64,000 nt of DNA from a bacterium (GTDB lineage: Bacteria > Zhuqueibacterota > Zhuqueibacteria > Residuimicrobiales > Krinioviventaceae): the NCBI GenBank assembly GCA_963675755.2, contig CAXXMD010000002.1, positions 288,001-352,000 of the forward strand, written 5' to 3'. Positions 58,754 to 64,000 of the stretch are shown piece by piece (the stretch's first letter is position 1; every line of letters starts with the position of its first letter). Under the pieces are notes generated by a model. That model did not search any database. It was given only the letters and a program-made list of their open reading frames with translations, and was not told where the DNA came from. Made by a program: the position numbers and the translations under genes.

Positions 58754-60805
58754 ATGGCTTTTATGAAAAAAATTTTAATGCTTGTTTTGCCCATATATCT
58801 ATTCAATTGTGCCCCAAAAGATTTGTCAAACACAGTTCAATATAGTGATGAATTGTGTAAATTAGAGTATAATAATCCGGGATTACTGGTTGATCTGGAT
58901 GCTGGTTTTAAAGCCTTACCCATGCCAATGGATTTTGATGGTGATGGAGATACGGATTTATTGATTTCAGAATCGGGTAGTTATGCAGAATCCGGAATAT
59001 TTTATTTTGAGAATATTAGTGGAAATGTGGAAATGCCGGTTTTCAGGCGGGCAATGAAAGTTTCCTATGAAAGAAGACGCTTGGGCTCTGATGGAAGTGT
59101 GTTCCAGGTATCAACCTTGAACGGTGGAACGCATGTAATCACCCCGGATAATGTACGCGAAAAACTTTTGATATATCGTAATGTACCACAGAATGTTTTC
59201 TGGGATGTGAATGAGATTATGCTACCCGATAAGGGATATGATTATTTGCACAGTTTTAAATTAACCCAATGGCTATTGATAGATTTTGATGGAGATGGTA
59301 TCAAGGATCTGTTGTGTGCTGCTACCAGTCCGCATATAACAACCCTGCGTGGTGTAGGTTCTTTGCAGAGACAACAAGCTTTTGAAAAATTCCCCAAACA
59401 TTCCCAGTTGTTATATTTCAAAAATAAAACCAATAACATTAATCCGGATTTTGCGGATCCAATAGAAATTTTGAAACAGAACGGAGAGTCTCTGGCAGCG
59501 AAACTCTCTATTAAACCTACCTTTGCTGATTATGATAATGATGGAGATGTGGACTATATTGCAATTGGTCAGGTTGACAAACAGTTTAAATTTTTTGATA
59601 ATATAGGAACACCACAAAAATATCGCTTTGCCGAAGGTGTTATAATTACCTTTAATGGGAATCCTGTTTGTATGGAATCTCGTGCTACGATTCATTCAAC
59701 TGCCATAGATTGGAATAAAGACGGTCTTGTTGACCTCATTGCCGGAGATGAAGATGGTAAAATCTCTTATTTGAAAAATTTGGGCAAGTCAGGGGATGGT
59801 GCTTTGCAATTTGAACCACCCCGTTTTTTTCAACAGGAGGCCAGGTATGTTGATTTTGGTGCATTGACTGCCCCACGTGTTTTTGATTGGGATGGCGATG
59901 GATTAACTGATATCATAAGTGGAAATGGTGTTGGACACATTGGTTTTATCAAAAATCTGGGTGGCAAGGTTCCGGTTTGGGATGCTCCCAAATTGCTGAC
60001 TGTAAATGATGAACCTATTCGAATTATTCCTGATGAAGCGTTATGGGGATACACTACGGTCGATGTTGCAGACTGGGACCATGATGCTCTGCCTGATATT
60101 TTGGTGAATCATCACCATGGGAATCTCTTGTGGTTTAAAAATATCGGTACACGCACATCCCCCAATCTGGCAGAACCGCAACCTGTTACTGTACAATGGG
60201 GAGAAAAAGGTCCTTCAAGGCCGGCATGGGTACCCGGAACGGCACAGGACAATGAATTGCTTGCACAATGGAGAACATCACCACTGGTATGTGATTTTAA
60301 TGAGGATGGTCTCAATGATCTTGTAATGTTGGACCATGAGGGATATCTTGCAGTTTATATGCGGTATCGTGATGAGGACGGTACATTGCAGCTTAATCCT
60401 CCTGAACGGCGATTTGTTTATCCTTCTGGCGAACCCATTTTGCTGAATCAGCGTACAGGTTCCAGTAGCGGTCGTTTAAAAATAACATTTGCTGACTGGG
60501 ATGGTGATGGCCTGGATGATTTGATTGTTTCATCCAAACCTGCGGTTGACTGGATGAAAAACATGGGGAATCAGGATGGTAATATGGTCCTGCAATATAT
60601 GGGAAGGGTATTATCCCGAACCCTTATGGGGCATACTGATGGTCCTGTTGTTTCTGACTGGAATCAGGATGGGATTCCTGATCTTTTGGTTGGCACAGAG
60701 ACAGGTACATTTTATTACTGGCAGCGCAGCAGTTATGATATTACAACAACAATGACTACCGATGGAAAACAGGTACCTGCCAATTATCCATATTTTAAAA
60801 GGTAG
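58754..60805 (+). CDS. FG-GAP/VCBS repeat lipoprotein
   Basis: Lipobox LFNC; about nine D(F/W/Y)(D/N)xDGxxD-type Ca-binding repeats. Confidence 0.88.
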   Translation: MAFMKKILMLVLPIYLFNCAPKDLSNTVQYSDELCKLEYNNPGLLVDLDAGFKALPMPMDFDGDGDTDLLISESGSYAESGIFYFENISGNVEMPVFRRAMKVSYERRRLGSDGSVFQVSTLNGGTHVITPDNVREKLLIYRNVPQNVFWDVNEIMLPDKGYDYLHSFKLTQWLLIDFDGDGIKDLLCAATSPHITTLRGVGSLQRQQAFEKFPKHSQLLYFKNKTNNINPDFADPIEILKQNGESLAAKLSIKPTFADYDNDGDVDYIAIGQVDKQFKFFDNIGTPQKYRFAEGVIITFNGNPVCMESRATIHSTAIDWNKDGLVDLIAGDEDGKISYLKNLGKSGDGALQFEPPRFFQQEARYVDFGALTAPRVFDWDGDGLTDIISGNGVGHIGFIKNLGGKVPVWDAPKLLTVNDEPIRIIPDEALWGYTTVDVADWDHDALPDILVNHHHGNLLWFKNIGTRTSPNLAEPQPVTVQWGEKGPSRPAWVPGTAQDNELLAQWRTSPLVCDFNEDGLNDLVMLDHEGYLAVYMRYRDEDGTLQLNPPERRFVYPSGEPILLNQRTGSSSGRLKITFADWDGDGLDDLIVSSKPAVDWMKNMGNQDGNMVLQYMGRVLSRTLMGHTDGPVVSDWNQDGIPDLLVGTETGTFYYWQRSSYDITTTMTTDGKQVPANYPYFKR

Positions 60806-60812
60806 GAGCGTA

Positions 60813-61178
60813 TTGATCTTTTCTGTTCAATTTGTCGGATGTTGTGGTGCTTTTTGCAAAACCTGCCCAGAGTATATCAATTCGAAATGTAATGGATGCA
60901 AATTGGGTTATGCTGATGGCAATCGGGATATAAATAAAGCCAGATGTGAAATGAAACTCTGCTGTTTTAGAGATAAACAATTAGCTACGTGTGCAGATTG
61001 TTCTGAATTGTATACTTGTGAATTAATTCAATCCTGGTTCAGCAAAAAAGGCTACAAATACAGGAAATACCAGGAATCTATAAAATTCATTCGTCAAAAC
61101 GGATATGATCAATTTTTGGTCATTGCAAACAGTTGGAAGCGGCAATACGGAATGCTGGATTGGGACCCAAAACCGTAA
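60813..61178 (+). CDS. DUF3795 Cys-rich protein
   Basis: AGGAG RBS with TTG start; GCCGAFCKTCP, CNGC, C..K.CC, CADC. Confidence 0.8.
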   Translation: MIFSVQFVGCCGAFCKTCPEYINSKCNGCKLGYADGNRDINKARCEMKLCCFRDKQLATCADCSELYTCELIQSWFSKKGYKYRKYQESIKFIRQNGYDQFLVIANSWKRQYGMLDWDPKP

Positions 61179-61345
61179 AGACTTTTCTACATTTATTGTA
61201 AAAGAACAAGGATTATACTGAAAAAATAATCATTGTTCTTTAGACATGATTCTCTTATTTTATAATTTAAATAGCATTTCAAAATTTACAAATCCCTAAA
61301 CGATAGTTTTGCATTTTTGTTGTGAAATCCAAAATGAGGCTCCCT

Positions 61346-64000
61346 ATGAAATTCCTTTGTCGCGATTCCAGAAATTGTCCCCGATTATTGATTTTTACTT
61401 TATTCTTGTTTTTTATCAGTGCTAATTTCTCATTGTTTGCTGCTGAATGGCAGGAAAAGTATAATTATGTTCAGACCCGTCAGCAATTTGAACAACCACC
61501 GTTATGGTATGCTCCGCATGCATTCTGGTTCTGGGATGATACTCTGGATGTTTCAGTAGCTGAATCAATGGCTGAAGAAATGACAACGCAGCATTTAAAT
61601 CCGGGTTATGCGCATCCACGTCATAGCGATGCTCCTGATAAACCTTATCCATCCTTACCCAAAGCAGAATGGCTATCTCCAAAATGGTTCGATTGTTTTT
61701 CCGCTGCGTTGACCAATGCTGAAAAGGCGGATATGACACTGGGTTATTGTGACGAGTACTGGTGGCCTAGTGGTCAGGCAGCTGGGCGGGTTTTGGAAAA
61801 ACATCCCGAGTTAGCTTCCCAATCCTTATCCTGGAAACGTCAGGTTTTTCAAGGCCCCAAAGATGTCAATTTGCCTGATAACAAGTTTACAGTTGCTGCT
61901 CAATTAAATGATAAAGATACAATTATTGCCAACACACTCCGGGTTATTGGAGAGGATGGTTCTTTTAACTGGAATGTTCCGACAGGTAAATGGGTAGTTT
62001 ATTCTTATTCAGTATTTCACCATCCTGGTGTAGACAATGGTCAGGTAAATTATTTGGATCCCAAATTGATGGATATGTTTATTCCCATTGCTCACGAGTC
62101 CTATGAAAAATATTTAAAAGATAAAATGGGTAATTCAATTCCCGGTGTGTTTGTTGATAATGAGGGCGATTATGGTTGGCAAATGGCATGGTCTGACTAT
62201 TTGCCTGTACGCTACATGGAAATGAAAAACCGAGATATTTGTTTGTGGATGCCTTTGCTTACAGAGGAGGATGAAAACGGTATTTGGGCAAAAGCAAGAT
62301 ATGACTGGTTTGATGTTGTGTCAGATATCTATTCCACACAATTTCTTGGCAGACTCAGCAATTGGTTAAATGATCGTGATATGTATTATATCTCTAATTT
62401 GTGGGAAGAAGATTTAATGCTTCAAACCCGTGCAGTTGGCGATTTTATGCGTTCACAGCGTGCGGTATCACTTCCTGGTAACGATTGTTTACAAATGAAA
62501 TCGCAACAGGTTCATGATTTCAAGGAAACCCAATCCGTTTGTGAGTTTGAAGATCGTCCTTTTATGAGCGAGTTGATGGGAGTAGCCGGTTGGGAGCAAA
62601 CACCGGTTCAAATGAAAAAGACTCTAAACGCAGTAACCGCTTGGGGTATAACCCATACGGTGCCTCATGGTATCAATTTGAATCGCAAAGTTGAAACCAT
62701 TCCTTATCCTGCTGACTGGTATACTGAAAATCCATATTGGCGTTATCTGCATCTTTGGACTGATTTTGCACGTCGTGCTTCATTTGTTAACCGGCAAGGA
62801 CAATTGGTTGCGGATATTTTGCTAGTAAATCCACTCGAAAGTGCTTGGGCATTATCTGAAGGATATTTTACCAGTCATGATGGTAAAGAATGGCCGGATA
62901 AAGTAATTGAAATAAATGATACCTATTCGGATGCGATGCAAGTCCTTTCAGATTCCCGTCTGGACTATTTGATTGCCGATAAATATTATTTAGAAAAGGC
63001 AACCATTACACAATCTGCGCAAAAAAGTGTTTCCCCGTTATTGAGTATTGCTGATCATGATTTTTCTGTTATTGTTTTACCGCCAATGTTTATTCTGTCT
63101 CAAACGTCAGCTCAAAAAATACTCGATTTTGCCAATAGTGGAGGAACGGTTGTTTTATTGGGTGATTTACCACAAGGATCTCCTGAGGTTGGTGCAAATG
63201 ATCCTGTTATTGTTTCCCAATTTGAGAAACTGGTTTCTTTGTCTTCTGTAATTGATTTGGCAAATGAACCGGAAAATATTAACCTGCTCCCCGCAAAAAT
63301 CAAGAATGTAATCACACCACAGGTTGAAATACAATCCGGTGATTTCCCATTATTGGTTTCTCATCGTAAAATAGGTGGTAAAGATTTTTATTGGATGGTG
63401 AACAGTACTGAACAGAAACAAAACTGTTCACTGTTATTAAGAGATGGTTCCGGTAAAGCAGAGATTTGGGATTGTGAAACGGGTGCTATACGTAATGTAT
63501 CTTCAAATATAATTAATAACCGGGTCAACGTTGATCTGATATTGCAACCGTATGAAGCATATTGGGTAGTTCTAGACCCTGCTGAAAAATTTGCCCAATT
63601 TGCTGAAAAAGAAATTGAGAAGAAAGAAATTAATCTTGGCAGCAATTGGTCAGTTTCGTTCCCTGAAACAGATTCGGTACTGGTAACATCCGCCAAGTCT
63701 TTTATTTCTCTAGATGTAAATAATTTACCGAATGTGCTGGAACCGGATTTTGATGATTCAAACTGGCGTAATCTTAATATCCTGGGTGAAACACGGTTTA
63801 TCGATACCTGGCGTGCAAAAATGTTATATATTCCATTTGCTGACACTAGACGTTATTATCGATATAACCTTGATTTAAAAGATGATGTGGAAAAATCACT
63901 CATCAATATAAATGCTGATAATAGTGTGCGTTTCTGGGTAAATGGAACTGCTATAGAACCCGGTATTCTTTCAAGCAGTATGAGGGATGCAGATATTCAT
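61346..64000 (+). CDS. Large secreted GH106-like (alpha-L-rhamnosidase-type) glycoside hydrolase, 3' partial
   Basis: Manual translation of the 5' part: MKFLCRDSRNCPRLLIFTLFLFFISANFSLFAAEW...FEQPPLWYAPHAFWFW...YCDEYWWPSGQAAGRV...GVFVDNEGDY...NPYWRY. It appears open to the window end, which would explain its absence from the ORF track. Confidence 0.8.
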   Translation, partial: MKFLCRDSRNCPRLLIFTLFLFFISANFSLFAAEWQEKYNYVQTRQQFEQPPLWYAPHAFWFWDDTLDVSVAESMAEEMTTQHLNPGYAHPRHSDAPDKPYPSLPKAEWLSPKWFDCFSAALTNAEKADMTLGYCDEYWWPSGQAAGRVLEKHPELASQSLSWKRQVFQGPKDVNLPDNKFTVAAQLNDKDTIIANTLRVIGEDGSFNWNVPTGKWVVYSYSVFHHPGVDNGQVNYLDPKLMDMFIPIAHESYEKYLKDKMGNSIPGVFVDNEGDYGWQMAWSDYLPVRYMEMKNRDICLWMPLLTEEDENGIWAKARYDWFDVVSDIYSTQFLGRLSNWLNDRDMYYISNLWEEDLMLQTRAVGDFMRSQRAVSLPGNDCLQMKSQQVHDFKETQSVCEFEDRPFMSELMGVAGWEQTPVQMKKTLNAVTAWGITHTVPHGINLNRKVETIPYPADWYTENPYWRYLHLWTDFARRASFVNRQGQLVADILLVNPLESAWALSEGYFTSHDGKEWPDKVIEINDTYSDAMQVLSDSRLDYLIADKYYLEKATITQSAQKSVSPLLSIADHDFSVIVLPPMFILSQTSAQKILDFANSGGTVVLLGDLPQGSPEVGANDPVIVSQFEKLVSLSSVIDLANEPENINLLPAKIKNVITPQVEIQSGDFPLLVSHRKIGGKDFYWMVNSTEQKQNCSLLLRDGSGKAEIWDCETGAIRNVSSNIINNRVNVDLILQPYEAYWVVLDPAEKFAQFAEKEIEKKEINLGSNWSVSFPETDSVLVTSAKSFISLDVNNLPNVLEPDFDDSNWRNLNILGETRFIDTWRAKMLYIPFADTRRYYRYNLDLKDDVEKSLININADNSVRFWVNGTAIEPGILSSSMRDADIH

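Noticed and set aside
58754-60805. DNA-level tandem repeats or a toxin/adhesin system
   Set aside because: The repeats are degenerate protein-level FG-GAP motifs, with no RHS/toxin domain or secretion genes adjacent.
61422-63846. Short ORFs listed in the track at the window end
   Set aside because: They overlap the large plus-strand GH106-like ORF.

Overview
AT-rich, gene-dense bacterial chromosomal window with no integrase, transposase, phage or CRISPR signal. TonB receptors, TolC, lgt and two proteins ending in an NYPNP(F/A)NP FlgD-Ig/T9SS-type sorting domain point to a diderm FCB-group organism, plausibly KSB1- or Calditrichota-like (inference). It holds an arsR-permease-ProC-like-thioredoxin cluster, tRNA-Arg(CCT), PAS two-component genes, lgt, dksA-like, trxA and msrAB. 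It also holds many glycan-degrading genes (GH92, GH127-like, two GH43, sialidase-like, Tat Gfo/Idh/MocA pair, and a partial GH106-like ORF missing from the ORF track) and a CzcCBA-type efflux system. The best candidate for an undescribed system is a divergent sigma54-controlled locus at 26.7-31.6 kb. One arm encodes a secreted DUF2202 ferritin-like protein. The other encodes a small Cys/His exported protein, a NapH-like inner-membrane Fe-S protein, a predicted outer-membrane barrel and a Tat lipoprotein polyferredoxin with 8 Cys motifs, which together may form a heme-free trans-envelope electron conduit or metal-acquisition module. The second highlight is a His-rich exported leader ORF ending in RAPP (a putative ribosome-arrest metal sensor) upstream of czcCBA. 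All family calls are from motif recognition by eye, without database searches.
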